Assembly: GCA_000165425.1 (NCBI GenBank)
Contig: CT868196.1
Location: forward strand, 248,001 to 312,000
Origin: Paramecium tetraurelia
Taxonomy: Eukaryota
DNA length: 64,000 nucleotides
Direction: 5' to 3'
Shown here: positions 23,444 to 37,384 of the stretch, in pieces
Numbering within the stretch: the stretch's first letter is position 1
How the letters are laid out: each line of letters starts with the position of its first letter
The notes under the pieces: model-generated
Told to the model about the DNA's origin: nothing
Database searches by the model: none
The model's input: the letters and a program-made list of their open reading frames with translations, nothing else
Program-made: the position numbers and the translations under genes

Positions 23444-26240
23444 TCAACATCTTTCAGTCCTTTTTATTTTGAAAAATACATTTGTGGCCTTTTGGTTGAT
23501 TTTTAACTATATCCCCTTGCTTAATCTATAGGACTAGATTAAATTATCTAAAGGATCTATTCCCACTTAAATTGATCCAAGGTTTCAATATTGTTCTTTA
23601 ATATTTATAACCTTTATTTCCTATTCATACTATCCTTATATAATCTTTGGAATATATCTTATTGCTGGTCGACAGAATGTTCTTTATTGTTTGATGATAA
23701 ATAAGATATTTTCTCTATCTAATCCTTAACTCTTAAGGAGGCTTGAAGTGGGGTTTAAGGAGTATTAATTTGCAATCTATTTTAATCGTATAATAATTGA
23801 GACTCATAATCTTTTTTAGTAAAATCTTCCTTTGTGAACTTCAAAGAGTTTCTTTAAAAAATGAGATAAGTGTTTTCTTAGTTTAATATATTCATATTCT
23901 AATTATCAATAATTTTGATTTCAGTCTAATTTTAGAATTATTATGTATCTACCTGCTATTCAGAAATCTCTTCTAATAAACATAATTAAGAGGGTGTTTA
24001 AACTGATCTTAATTATTCATAATGAAGTAAATTACTTTTACAATGAGAATTAGATTGCTATTATTAAATTGTAGAAATTGATTCTAAAATACATTATACC
24101 TCTACATCTTTTGTAAAAATCTCTCGTTTAATTTAATATTCAAAATCTGTATTTGTGTATTTATGAGACATTTCATTAATATTTAATTTTAGCTTCATAA
24201 TCTTTTCAATAATATCATAATTTAAACTATTATTTTGAATTGGTGTGTTAACATTCAAAACAATAGTTTGACAATATTTTGACCTATTTTGGATATTTGA
24301 AAATAAAAACTCTTGTTTATTTAATTACTGATATTACTAAAGAGCAAGTTATTATGATAAATGTTCTTTATTTTAATCAGATTACTTTAGCTTATATTCA
24401 ACCATCTTTATTGAACTTTTATCTAATTTCTCAAAATTTATTTATTTCGAGTCGAATAGCCGATATAATTATTAATAATGCAAACAAACAACCTAATATT
24501 TTAACTGCAATATTTTAATATTCTCTTTGGATTAATTATATTACTGCTATAATTAGGATACTTCTTAATTTAAAATTTATTCCATCTTTTCTTATGTCAG
24601 ATATTTATATTCCCAATAAATTTGATTATACTTGTCATTCTCATATATTTACTTTAATTCTTCATATTGATTTTTAAGAATATTTCTCTTTTTCTTTTTT
24701 TTAATTTTATATTCTTTCAATTTTTCTTCAAAATCTTTTCTTCCGAGAATAATTTCCTTTATTTCTTGTCTTAGTAAGAATTGATCTCTAACGGTTTTCA
24801 CACATCTCAACATTCGATTAATTAATATCCATTTATTGAACATCACTTTGACCTTATATTGATCAAAATTAGTTTTTATTTCATTTAATTCATTAAATTA
24901 CCCAAATAATTGCTACAACACTATTATAAGAAATAATTTACTTTCATTTTTTCGGTGTGATAAGGCAATCTCCATCTATTCACGACTCTACTTTAAACAT
25001 TCTTAAACAATTTCCTTTTGACGGTATTTTTGCTTTTCAATTTATTCATTCTTTTCATCTAATTCTCCTTACAAATCCTTGATATAATTAATTTATCTAT
25101 CTACAAATTAGGATAATTAATCCTCTAATTATTACCTATAATGTTAGACTTCTCTTTGCTAAGACTTGCATTGAATTATTAACTTATCTATTTCTCTATA
25201 ATTAATTCCATATGTATGCTTTTAATTTTCAAATACTTAAAAGAAATATGAATTTCCTTTGAGATCTTAAATATTCTTCCAAGTAATGTAAGGATCATTA
25301 TTATCCATTTGTATTACTTTGGCTAATAAACCAATACTAGTATCGTGAATTTTGAGTTTATCTTTGAACTTATCAATTTAGGCAACGATATTGTTTATTT
25401 TCAGTTGAAATATGCTAGATAGTCTATGTTAATTCAAGATACTTATGTTCAAATTGTTGTTAGATACCTTTAATTTTTTAGTTCAATAAGTTTGTTTATT
25501 CTTCAGTAAATCCTTCCTTAGAATCAAAATATTAAACTTCAAATATATTCAACTATTAATCATTTTTTCTAAATAATAATTCTTTCATATGTTAAACGTC
25601 CTTTAAATATCCTTGTGTCATATCTTTTATGATGTTATCCTTACAATCTAATTTAATTTATAGTTCTTTTAGTTTTTGATTTCTTAATTCAAGTTCTTTT
25701 TATTATTCTTCATTTTAATCATACGACTGTTATGTTTTCACTTCAACATGAGGATGATAAGTCGATTTCATGGTATTGAAACGTAATAAACTGACTTCTT
25801 ATTATAAATGATCCTCTTCTTCAGATAGCCTAATCGCATTATGAATTTTTGTAATTTTATTAATAGACTATTCAGCGCCTCAATAGGGTTTTGCTAAAAA
25901 TACTTTCTTAACCTTTAATAAAAATATATGCATTAATGCTTTATGATTTTACTTTTATCTAATTAGATTGCCACAGTGCTTCTGTTAAATATACTCCAAC
26001 CGACATTTAGTAAAATTTAATAGAATATATTAATAATGTGTAAGATGATAGGCTTTGCTATTAAATTAATAGGACGAACTAATCTATTAACTGCTCAAAT
26101 AGATTTTAAGTATTAACTATTTATTATTTCTCATTCTAAATGGGAGGAGAATTAGACTCTTCTTTTAATGTAACCTACCTAACTAAATTTTTAGGTCTAT
26201 AAATTGGGACATCTTTCAGTTAAATGCATTCGTCATCCAT
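23444..26240 (-). CDS. Hypothetical coiled-coil protein
   Basis: From MDDECIQ, E/K/Q-rich heptad-like sequence with short introns; DIFQRLYKDS near the C-terminus. Could be two genes. Confidence 0.55.
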
Positions 26241-26354
26241 TCCAATTATTTAATTTATTTTTCATTTTCAAATCACACATACTTATATATGATAACAAAT
26301 TTAATAGTTTGAATTTTAAATTCATTCATTCAATCTCTTGTAATAAGATTTGTA

Positions 26355-27381
26355 ATGAATTATTAACAGGGTAATAGAGATTTAGCCATCAGATAAGAAA
26401 TTTATAACACTCAAAAGAACTTTTCATATAAAATTAAAAATAAAAAGAATAATATAATTATTAATGATAAACATTCTGGTTGTATTGATAGAATCCAAAA
26501 TCTAACATCAGAGTTAAAAAGAATGACCGAAGCATTAAAAGAAACAAATCTATAAGTCTTAAATTTAAAGCAAGAAATATAAAAACCTAGAGTAAATTAA
26601 GTAATTATTATTAAAATCCCAACCATAGGCATCCTCTAATGATGATGTAATATAAAAAATCCAAGTTGAAGGATTTAAGCTAGATTAATATAAATTGAAT
26701 AAATTAGAAGAATTAAATGAAATGGAAAATGATCTAAATAGATAACATAAAGACCTATAAGCTGAAAGAAATAAAATTAGACTATGACAATTGGAAGAAG
26801 CGGTGAGATATAAAAAGATCTAGAAATTCCAAATATAGGCCAACCGATTAAGACATATTTCTTTAGCAAAAAAATAAGCCTCGGCTTCATATTGAAGATT
26901 TGGAAAACGAAAATGAAGATTTAAAAACTAAAATTTACCTTTTCCAAAATTCTATTCTTAACAAAAACAACAGATTGCAGTTCTTTAAGATTAAGGAACT
27001 CAACAATTATCTTACTAGACTTTTTCTAAGGGCTCTACTTCATATTAGTTACCTTAAATTTAATATTAATAATCAAAACCATAAACGTGAAATCCAAAAT
27101 CTTAATGGTATAACTGATTTTTATGAATAATCATCTTTTAAGATCCTAATAATCCTAGAAAATCATTAGCCAAAAGATTTGATTCTGTCAATATTTAAAC
27201 ATCTTCCAACTTTGAAACTAGATATTCTTAATTTTAGAAACAATTTATCAACTTCTTAACTCTATCTGATTCATAACAAAAGATCTTAAATGATTTAAAA
27301 AATTAACTTGAAGGTGAGAATGAACCTGTATCAGAATATAAAACAACTATTTCTAAAAGCAATATATATTCTAATTATTGA
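26355..27381 (+). pseudogene. Degenerate coiled-coil gene (in-frame stop and frameshifts)
   Basis: KLEELNEMENDLNRQHKDLQAERNKIRL*QLEEAVRY with in-frame TGA at 26785-26787, and a further frame break near 26870-26895 without a GT..AG intron. Lies next to a gap, so sequencing error is possible. Confidence 0.5.
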
Positions 27382-27548
27382 TTAATGATTATTGTATTGT
27401 ATTTAAGCATGGGTATTTAAAAGAATCAAATTATTTTTATTTGAAGAAAATATTAGCATATAGATTATTGAAATATTTTCAATTGATATAAATAATTTAT
27501 TTACAATAAATAAATAATTTAAATTCAAAAATTTATAATAATTATAAT

Positions 27549-27698
27549 NNNNNNNNNNNNNNNNNNNNNNNNNNNNNNNNNNNNNNNNNNNNNNNNNNNN
27601 NNNNNNNNNNNNNNNNNNNNNNNNNNNNNNNNNNNNNNNNNNNNNNNNNNNNNNNNNNNNNNNNNNNNNNNNNNNNNNNNNNNNNNNNNNNNNNNNNN
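27549..27698. other. Assembly gap (150 N)
   Basis: Run of N. Confidence 0.99.
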
Positions 27699-27842
27699 AA
27701 TTTATATTGATTTTTTAAATTTATCATAACATTAATATATAATGATTATTCATTATTATTTGTCAATTTGATAATATTTTCTCAATATTAATTTTATCAT
27801 TTTATATTTATGTTGTAATATTGTTTCATCTAAACCCAAAAA

Positions 27843-29061
27843 ATGAACTTCTTTACACATAGAATGAAAATAGATAATGCTCACCCACTCTTCTAATAGA
27901 TATCATTCGATAAAATTGAAAATAAACCCTACAATTTTCACTAGTGTATATTTCTTTATATTGAAGGGATAAATAATTGTACTATATTACAACAAAGTAT
28001 GAATGTCTCAATTACATTTTCCATTAAATCTTAATTTGAAATAGAATCATTCGCATTAAACATTAAAATTAGTGACTTTTCCAATATTTTTTTTGTTTTT
28101 CAAAAGATTTTAATAATGACGATGCCATTTTTAATATAACATCGTATTTTTTTCTATTGTGATAGTGTATAAATTCCTTCTAATTACGAAAAATTCAATT
28201 AACAAATCATAATATTTGTAATTACAAATTTTCAACTCTTAATATATAGAAAATTTTTCCAAAATGCTTTTTTTTTCTATAAATTGATTTATTATTATAA
28301 TGACTATTTTTAGGTCATATTTTGATTGCTTTTTACCAGAACTCAAGGAGTTTAATTACTAATTATGGGTGAAAATTATCGTAATTTATAAACTAGTTTT
28401 ACCTATAATGTTTTTAATTTTGTACCTGTTGTATAGAGAGAACTATAATGAAACAAATCATCGAATTATTATTTCAAATATAATACTCTTAATAATTGGA
28501 GTTGAAAATGGAATTGGTGTTTTTAGTTGGGTGATTTCAGAAACTTTTTCCCTTTATACCATTTTATTTCTCATACTATAATGCATTATTTAGTTAGAAA
28601 ATGCATAGTAAAATATTATTGATAAAGAAGCCACTTTTGATATAAATCTTTAAATTTTGTTCAGACATTTTAATGAAATGATGTATAAATCGTTTGTTTG
28701 GTTAAACTTTGCCACTATGATCCCTGCTATTTTTATGCTAATACTTATAACTATTTGCACATGTTAACTAAAACTATTTTTTTAATTAATCAAAAGAAAT
28801 ACACCTGATCAATAAACTGATGTTTTTTATGAGTATTCTGGCGAAGAGGGTGCTGAATGTTCAATTTGTATGGAAGAATTAAAGTAAATGGAAAAATATG
28901 TGGAGCTACCATGTAATCACACCTTTCATTCTTAATGCTTTAGTAAATGGAAGAATTACAAATAATTATGTCCTGTGTGTAGAAGAACAGTTAAAATTAA
29001 TGATTTAGGGGGAATCAACAAATAATTACAGCTATCTAAAATTTAAGATATTGAAATTTGA
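27843..29061 (+). CDS. Multi-pass membrane RING-H2 E3 ligase
   Basis: Hydrophobic helices, then ECSICMEEL..LPCNHTFHSQCFSKW..CPVCRR. 5' structure uncertain. Confidence 0.75.
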
Positions 29062-29102
29062 TTAATGTATTAAATAACCTAAACTATTAATATAAAAGAA
29101 AT

Positions 29103-32100
29103 TCATCCTATTTTTTATTAGTTTTCTGCGTGTTCAGTCTATTCCTGGTTATTCTATTTAATTAAGTCCTCAAATTATTTCATCAATAATTTTTCTTTTT
29201 CCATTATTTAAGCGATAGGTTTATAAACATCCTTAATAATATGAATATAATACTTGCTTTTATTATTCATGCACTATATTAAAATGTTTATGTAGAGCAT
29301 TAACTTCGATAATTTTCAACTTGATAAGATTATTCATGACTGAGATTAACTTTTTATTTCTATTTTATTCAAACTCTCGTTTTTTTAAAGTGGCTGACAA
29401 TGTGATAATCTTTTCATTGAGTTCCAAGGTTATCTCAGCATTATCACTAACTTAACTGATTGTTTTAGTTTATGTTAAAGATTTAGTTTACTATTCTTTA
29501 ATTTAATTATTCAACTAAGATATTATTTGATCCCTTTTCTGAATTTCAACTTGCAAATCCCTAATTTACAAGTCTTTTAATTATAATTCATGATCATTCC
29601 CTTTATGATCTTTTATGTTTAAATCATTAGAGTCTAATTAAGATTTATAAAGTTCACTGAGTTATTAAAATTTTTTAACCTCACTTTCCAACTCTGCTAC
29701 TTTTAATTTTTCTCTATCATATTCCATTTTGATTCTTTAAATATCCTTTTAGGAAATTTTGTTTTAATTAGATAAAGCCTTTTTAGAATCCTCTAATTCT
29801 CTAGCCAATTGCCTTCTTTCTTAATTCCATTCATCTTTCAATTTTTCTTCAATTTCTTCTTTGGCTTTTACTTCACTTAAATAATCCTGTGTAAGTACCT
29901 CATTATTGTGCTCTAACTCTTTTATACATTGTTGAGCATGAGCTAATTAAAGCCCTAAATTTTAAATTTAATCAAAACTCTAAGTATAATATCAAAAAAA
30001 TTACAGATTTTTCAATTTTTTTTTTATCAATTTATAGTTATTCAACTTAAACTTCCAGCATTTGCTTTTCTGATGTTAATTTTTATAAAGTAAATATATC
30101 TTCTAATTATCCAAATGCAGAAGGATTTAACGTTTCTCTACCAGAAGATTCGAATTATAATAGATCATTTTATAATTTTTCGACCTAATTTTCCAAATCT
30201 CTTCTTTTCTCTTATTCCAATTTTAATTTCTATTGAGTATCCTAAAGAGCCTTTTTAAACATATCTATAGAATTGGAATTGCTTACGGTTTCAGGTTTAG
30301 TGAATGTTTTAACATTAATTGTTTATATTGGTTAGGATTAACTAATATTGAAATCATCTTCAACCAATTTTGAAGAAATTATGACTGATTTATTAATTTC
30401 TCCAGAACTTTCTATTTCCAATTCTTTCTCTAACTCTTATTATTGTCTCTATATTTCAGCATCTCTCTATTTTAAAAAAGCAGTATAATCATTCAATTTT
30501 TAAAGGGCAAACGATTCTACTATCTTCCTTTCAAATTTATTTATTTTAAAAAGGAAGGTGTTTAAGATTTACCTATTCATAATTCGTTTTTGTAATACAA
30601 ATTTAAATAGATACCATTTACATGATCTTTATAATTTATGATGCCTATTCACAAGAATTTTCAATTTCAAAAATAGAGTTTTTCTGTAAATGTAATTTCT
30701 ACCAGATTTTTAAATTTTGATTATATATTACATTCTGAATTCTACTAACATTTAATCCAAGAAATCTCGTAACCCTTCTTTCATAAATATTTTAGTTGTT
30801 CCAACCTAAACATTTTTGGATTCTAATTCTTTCGACAATCTTTCTTTTATTTTTTAATTTTGGTTCAATAAAATAATCATTTAATTTATATTTGAAGGTT
30901 TCCCCTTAATTAAATACCTGTATTTTTTCATAAAATCATGATGGTTAAGTCGAATTTCATATCCAGCTTTCCTAATTTAGATTGCTTCCAGTAAACCAGC
31001 ACATCTCATTTATCTTCTTACTTCTTAAGCATCAAATTCAAAGGCAGTTTTATTATTATTCGGCTTAATACATCTAATATATTTAGGAAGTGATTTATTC
31101 AGAACTTCTAACAATTCTTAAAGTGAATTTTAAAATCTAGTAATGACATTATTCTATTTAATATTTGTATTTGTAATTTGATGACTTTTCCAAATTTCTC
31201 GAAGAATAGGATTTTTGCTGGTTGGCAAGACTTGATGAACCTCTTAGTTTATTGTGTCTTTATTTTTATCAATAAATCCGTAGACATTATAAATTACATA
31301 TCCAGCAAAATGCTTGATTCCAAACCAATCAAATTTAGCAGTTTTATGCTTTTTATCAACTTTAATATCAGAATCCTAAGCCAATAAGTCTTGAACATTG
31401 AAAACACACTCTCTTGGCAATTTTTTGAAAGAGTTACTGAATTCTCTATCATTACCTTTTGGGGCAATTGTTTAATCTATAAGTAACTTATAAATGGATA
31501 ATGTTGAATTCTCAATTACATCAATAATTTGTTTGTTATCTGGAAATTTAATGTGGTTCCATTAAATTTTTTCTTAATTGTATTCACCTAAATTATAGAA
31601 TGAAAAATTATACTTTATTCTGTTTCTAACATATGGGAATTAAAATGCTATTGGAGTTTTTCATTGGTAAAATTAATGTTTAATTATTCAAAACTATTAG
31701 TTTATATACCTTATTCATCTGTAAATATTTCGAAACCAAAAATATCTAGAATACCAATCATATATTAGGAGTTTGGTTATTTATTTTAAGTCTAACCGCA
31801 AGCTTAAAGTTACGAATTAACTCTTTCGATTAACCAATTAAATAGTTTTTCATAGACATGTTTAGCAAGCGTATCTCTTGCACTACAGGCTGATTCAATA
31901 TTATTTTCTTTCATAATAATTTCTTTGCCCATCAGTGTTTGTACTTTGCAAATAATTCTAGTCAAGTCTTCAGATTCAAGTCCTAATAATTGACAAGAGG
32001 CTTTTAAAGAAAAGTCTTCAATTACAAATGATTTATTAGCATCTCCCTAAATAGATAGATTTCCTAAGTGTAAAATTCCTGCTAGAGCTTGAAAAATGAA

Positions 32101-33165
32101 TTGCTTTTCTTATGGAGTAAAGTTCATTTTGTCCATACAATCGCTAGTTTCCTTGAATTCTTCAAGTTCATTCTTAGTGTATTTCAAATCTCCTTATTTT
32201 AAATAATGGTACTGCTTTGCTTATCCAAGTTCTAATAGTGTTTAATTTCTTACTTAGTTCTGGGATTTAAGCAGCAATTAGTTAATAGAAAATGTGATAA
32301 TTTCTCTCTACTGAACTTAGTTTAACAACTCTGCTTTTTTCTAATAAGTAGTTATCAATTTTTGCATTTGTAATTCTCTTGGTGACAGGATTAAAATATA
32401 AATGAATGAATTTTCCAAATCTACTAGAGTTATCATTCCTTGCTGTTTTGGCATTTCCAAATGCTTCTAGGAGAGGATTAGAAGCAAAGACTTGTTATTC
32501 TATTGAGGGTGTTTTCAACTTCTATCCTATTGATTCAGCTGCTAAATATTTTAGAATAATTTTTGTTGACTCTGTTTTTCCTGATCCACTTTCTCCAGAA
32601 ATAATCATTGAGCATATTCTAGTATTAGATTTGGCTGTCTCTTCGAAAAGTTGTTCTAATGACATTTGAGCAACTTTATAGAGATGAGGATCGATATCTC
32701 TTAGTTTTTGCTAAAGAATATCCTTGGAAATTCTAATTTATAGAATATCAATACTAATTCATCCTTCCCATTTCCTTTTTAAAGAATGTCACCATTTTTT
32801 AATCATAAAATTCTGGAACATATTAATATGGATTTATGGCTACTAGAATTGGAGCACCAACTTATGTATATATAGATTTCTTAGAATATCTCATTCTTAT
32901 TCCATGAAGACAATTAAATTCATTCAATTCATTTAATAGCTTACTTTAATTTTATTCTTACAAGTAAATCATTAACTCCTTGCTTTGCCAACGGATCCAC
33001 TTTGACGTTTGACTTTTCTTCGACATATTCCTCTCTTATTTCTTTATCAATATTGAGAATTCCTTATTTGGTAATCACTAATTTGTTCTCTTGATTGTCT
33101 AATTTAGCTATAAGACAAACAAATTTGGGGTGATTAACCCATATTTCATCATCACCGAAATTCAT
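29103..33165 (-). CDS. Myosin heavy chain (motor domain plus coiled-coil tail)
   Basis: [70 protein letters not shown]; coiled-coil tail. Confidence 0.96.
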
Positions 33166-33201
33166 TTGAATTGTTTATATTATAATAATTGATAATAATT
33201 A

Positions 33202-34072
33202 TCAAGGCCCAAGCATAATACAACAGAACCAGTAGGCTAAACCTTTGGTTCTATCAAACGGTTCATACAAGAAGGATTCTGCATCAATGAATAGTTTCAG
33301 AGAGGGCAAAAGACAATGAGTTGCTCCCCAAAAACATAAGTTGACAATTATTAAGAGAATAGATGAATCATACATAGCCCCTTCCTTTCAAGATTATTGA
33401 ATCAATAATCTTACCACACGATAAATCTTCCTATTTTATTTGTATTCATGGACCGCATCTTAACACTCCTCATTCGTTATAGTTATGATAGCATGAATAG
33501 CCATTAATAAGATCCCAACCCAAGATAACAATCTAGTCAAAACGGCAAAATTTCTTACATAGATACCCAAACAAGCCCAACACATATCTAATTGAATAAA
33601 TGACTATTAAATTAATACTTAAATTCCCAAATCTCTCACTAGGCATCTTGCCAAAGCAGTAAATACCTAACATTGCTAAGATAATTAAACCAATCACTCC
33701 GCAATAAAGTAAGATAATAATGAAAGGTAATGTTACCTATAATAATATAAATTATACTAATTGATTTGCAAATGTTGATGATGAAGTAGTTGCCTCATCA
33801 GTTGCTGTTTCATCTGTTGTTGTTTCATCTGTTGTTGTTTCATCTTGGGCTGCAAGTTAAGAGTTGACAAATTCATCCATATTCTTATCCATCAGATTTA
33901 ATAATCGATTTCCAGCAGCATTCTCATCAGCAGTAGTTTCATCAGCCGTAGCATCAGTATACTCAATTGGTGGACAAACGTCATTTTAATATGTAGTATA
34001 AAATAGAAGATCATAGATGATCAAAGCGATAAAAACGACCACCAGCAAACAGTAATACGATATCAAACCCAT
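33202..34072 (-). CDS. Small multi-pass membrane protein with acidic Thr-rich loop
   Basis: MGLISYYCLLVVVFIALIIY; DETTT repeats; further TM helices; ends LYEPFDRTKGLAYWFCCIMLGP*. Confidence 0.7.
33795..33847 (-). repeat. 15-nt coding tandem repeat (DETTT/DETAT)
   Basis: TTCATCTGTTGTTGT units on the + strand. Confidence 0.75.
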
Positions 34073-34252
34073 TTTATTTTATACGAAATTATTAAACCAA
34101 ATAGAAAATTAAATATCTCTTGATGGTCTGATTCAAAATGTTATTTAATTCATCATATATCATATATCGTATGATCCAAAGATTCAAATTATAAATGTTA
34201 AAAATATTAATAATTTTTCTATCATATGGAAAATGTTAGCCTTTCAAAAAAT

Positions 34253-36790
34253 TCAAAATTGGTTTTTAACTACTTATTTTTCATTGAATCTAGCTTTGCT
34301 AATGTTTGCAATTTTATCGAAAGTTGTATCCTAAGGCATAAAATTTACAGGAGTGTTGTATTAATAACTATATCCGTGATACTTTTCTTATTAATAATGC
34401 TAAATGCTATATTTTCTTTCATTTGCTAATCTTTTCGAGTCTATTGAAGCTCTACCATTTATTGATGCAACTCTTCTTCTATTTTTTATTGATAACTAAT
34501 CTTATTAATAAGTTGTTTATTAATTTTATTGTAATTGTTATTTAGAATATGGATTCTTCAATACAATCACAACAGGTTTACTAGATTGTGTAGTAAATTA
34601 ATGCTAAAACATAGAATTTCTATAATAAATCAATTAATTTTACTTATTGGAAACTCTTACATGAAACACTTGCATTCTCCCTAAAATTTATTATAATGAG
34701 ATATCTGTTTATTAAAATTCACATTTCTATCCTTCTTAGAACTCAACATCATTACCCAAAATTCCAATTGTCTCCAAATTATTATTATTTTTTCTTAATG
34801 CTTTCACTTACTCTTCAATTTTGATTAAGACTTTTTCATCTAACATTAAATTTTAATAATGAGATATATCAGTTTATGTACTTTTGTCTATTTTTATTAT
34901 TTTCTTTTTAGTAATTAATTAGGCTTTACTTAACTTTCTGGATTCTGCGATTGATAACTATTCTAAATCTTGCAATACATCTTCTTCTGGATTGGAATCA
35001 CTTCCTGAATCGTCTTAGTTTAATTAAAGTTAACTCAAATCATAATTTTTGATAAATATATCCAAATCATTATTTTATTATGAATTCATCGTAGTAGGTA
35101 ATTTAAAATTAATATTTTATTCAAAAGTTGATTAAACCATCTCTTGTTAAAATAATTTAAACATTGAAAGTATTATATCAACCCCTAATTCCTTATAATG
35201 AATATCGCAAAAGTCCTGAGCAAATTAACGTTTATATGCATGAAAAGATGATTCTAAAGTATAAATATATCCACTCCTAACATCCTCTTAAAGAGCTGCT
35301 CTTGCGGTTTTCTTTTTGCTTTCATGAATACTGAAAGAGCAATCTTTTAAACTTACCATCTTTGAAATTTTTGAACAAATCAAAGGAAATAATTTTAATG
35401 AGTCACCTCCATTATTGGCATAAAAAAAGCTGTTGAATCTATAAATTTAAACAAATTTCATACTTTTTTGAATGGCCGTGAAAATCAATTATCATGCTCA
35501 GTTCGGTCGATTAATTAATTTATTTGATCATATCTCTAATGTACCAAACTGAATCATGTAGTTCCTTATGTGGATTTACCCAAATTCTATTAAGATCGGT
35601 TCCGTATAAATTACACCTATAATTTCCAAACATCACTCCATCAGGATTTAACATTGGAATAATATAGAAAGTAAAATGATTCCTTAGCATCTCAGCTTCT
35701 ATGCAATTCCTAATCAGAAATTCAATTGCTCCTTCTATTGCATAAGAACTTGGAGTCTCTCCAGGATGTTATCTTGCCATTAACAATATTGCTTTCCTAC
35801 CTTTTCCTATTGTAATCAATGGACATTATAATCTAGTCATAGTCTTGCATAGCTCTTTTACAGTTGAAAACTAATATCGTATTTAATTTACTTGGTTAAT
35901 TCTTATAACTCTATCTATAAATGAATTCAATTAGGAATATGTATATGGATAACATTAGGCAAAATAGACTTTATCATTTGAGTGCTCAAACTTATATGAG
36001 AAACTTAAAGTATAATAAGTTTTAGTGGTACTGTTCTCTTTTTTATATTTGTTTTTGAAATAAACAACATTAGTACCAGCCTTGATCCACCCAATTCCTT
36101 TAGTTTTATTAGATTTAATAGAATAGACGACAGGTCGTTAACCCAAATTAAATAGTGACTCATTTTTTATCTGTGAGGCTTTATAATATTATGTAAATTA
36201 CAAAGTTAATAATGTTAAATGTAACCAACGCATTTTTTTAAGTATTTTCAACAGAGAAATAAAACCATTAAGTATGTCCTTTGGAATTAGTATCATTTTG
36301 CATAATCAAGTCATATTCATAAGTACTAATTCTGAATGAAGCAAAAAGGTTTGCACTTTCGTAATGTGAATCAAATTTCAATCCTGAATAGTTCTTGTTC
36401 TCTTATTCTAATAATAAAGGTTTAAATTCTTTTTGTTTCATGGTGGAAGGGAATAGATATTTGTATAAGACAGATTAAAATTCAGTTAATTTGATTTCTC
36501 GGTTCAAGGAAATCAGTTTCTTGCAGTCAAAGAAATAAGATGCTGTAAATCTATGGTTATTCAAAGGAATCATTGACCAAGGATAGTTATCATATCTTTA
36601 ATAAACGAGATTTTATTTATTATCTGTAAAATAATCCCAGAGATTCTTACTTGGATCCCTTTCATTATACTCATCTCTTTTTTTAATCTGAGTTCTAATT
36701 AACTTATTTTGGATACATTTTAGTATTCATTTCAGGATCAGTAGCTTAAATAAGTGGATTTGGAGCAGGGAGAAAATCATAAAATTGCAT
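34253..36790 (-). CDS. Cytosolic carboxypeptidase (M14D, CCP/Nna1-like; tubulin deglutamylase family)
   Basis: FDSHYESANL, HTQWFYF, YPYTYS, ARQHPGE, PMLNPDGV..GNYRC..DLNR, DFHGHS, YTLES (zinc ligands and catalytic Glu present). 3' end approximate. Confidence 0.93.
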
Positions 36791-36967
36791 TATATATATT
36801 AATTTATTTTGAATTAAAGTTGAGTGTCAGCAATTTGATTTGCATTTTCTAATAAAAATTATTAATTTACATAATTTTATTGGTTCACAAAACTAATATT
36901 CCTAATAATTAGAAGGCTTTTTAGTTAAGTTTTTTATTTCAATCAGTTCAAAAGATAAGTATTAAAT

Positions 36968-37360
36968 ATGAGCTCGGATGATTTAGAGATCAACTTAATA
37001 TAGTTTCCAAACAATGAGAATCCAAAAAAAACTATTTTGAAATAGAAAAAGCCTAAATTCAAGAGAAGGCAATAAACATCTGCCACATAGGTAAGATAAA
37101 CAAGATCAAAGAAATAAGATGATAAAGATGATGATGTTATTATAATAGGTAGTTCTAAACCAAGTTAAGTTCCTCTATTGAAGAAGACAATAACTAAAAG
37201 ACGTGGTAAGTAATAAAAAAAGCATAAAATATCATCTAAATCAAAACTCAAATCAAAAAATTAAACAATTCAAGATTTGATTGTAGATTGGTAAAAGGAT
37301 TTAAGAAAGATGATCGAAAGCACTGTTGTATTATCTAATAAGATAAGTTAATTGGATTGA
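36968..37360 (+). CDS. Small basic hypothetical protein
   Basis: MSSDDLEI..., K/R-rich, open frame to TGA 37358-37360. Confidence 0.55.
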
Positions 37361-37384
37361 AAATATATTTAGATAATTATTAAT

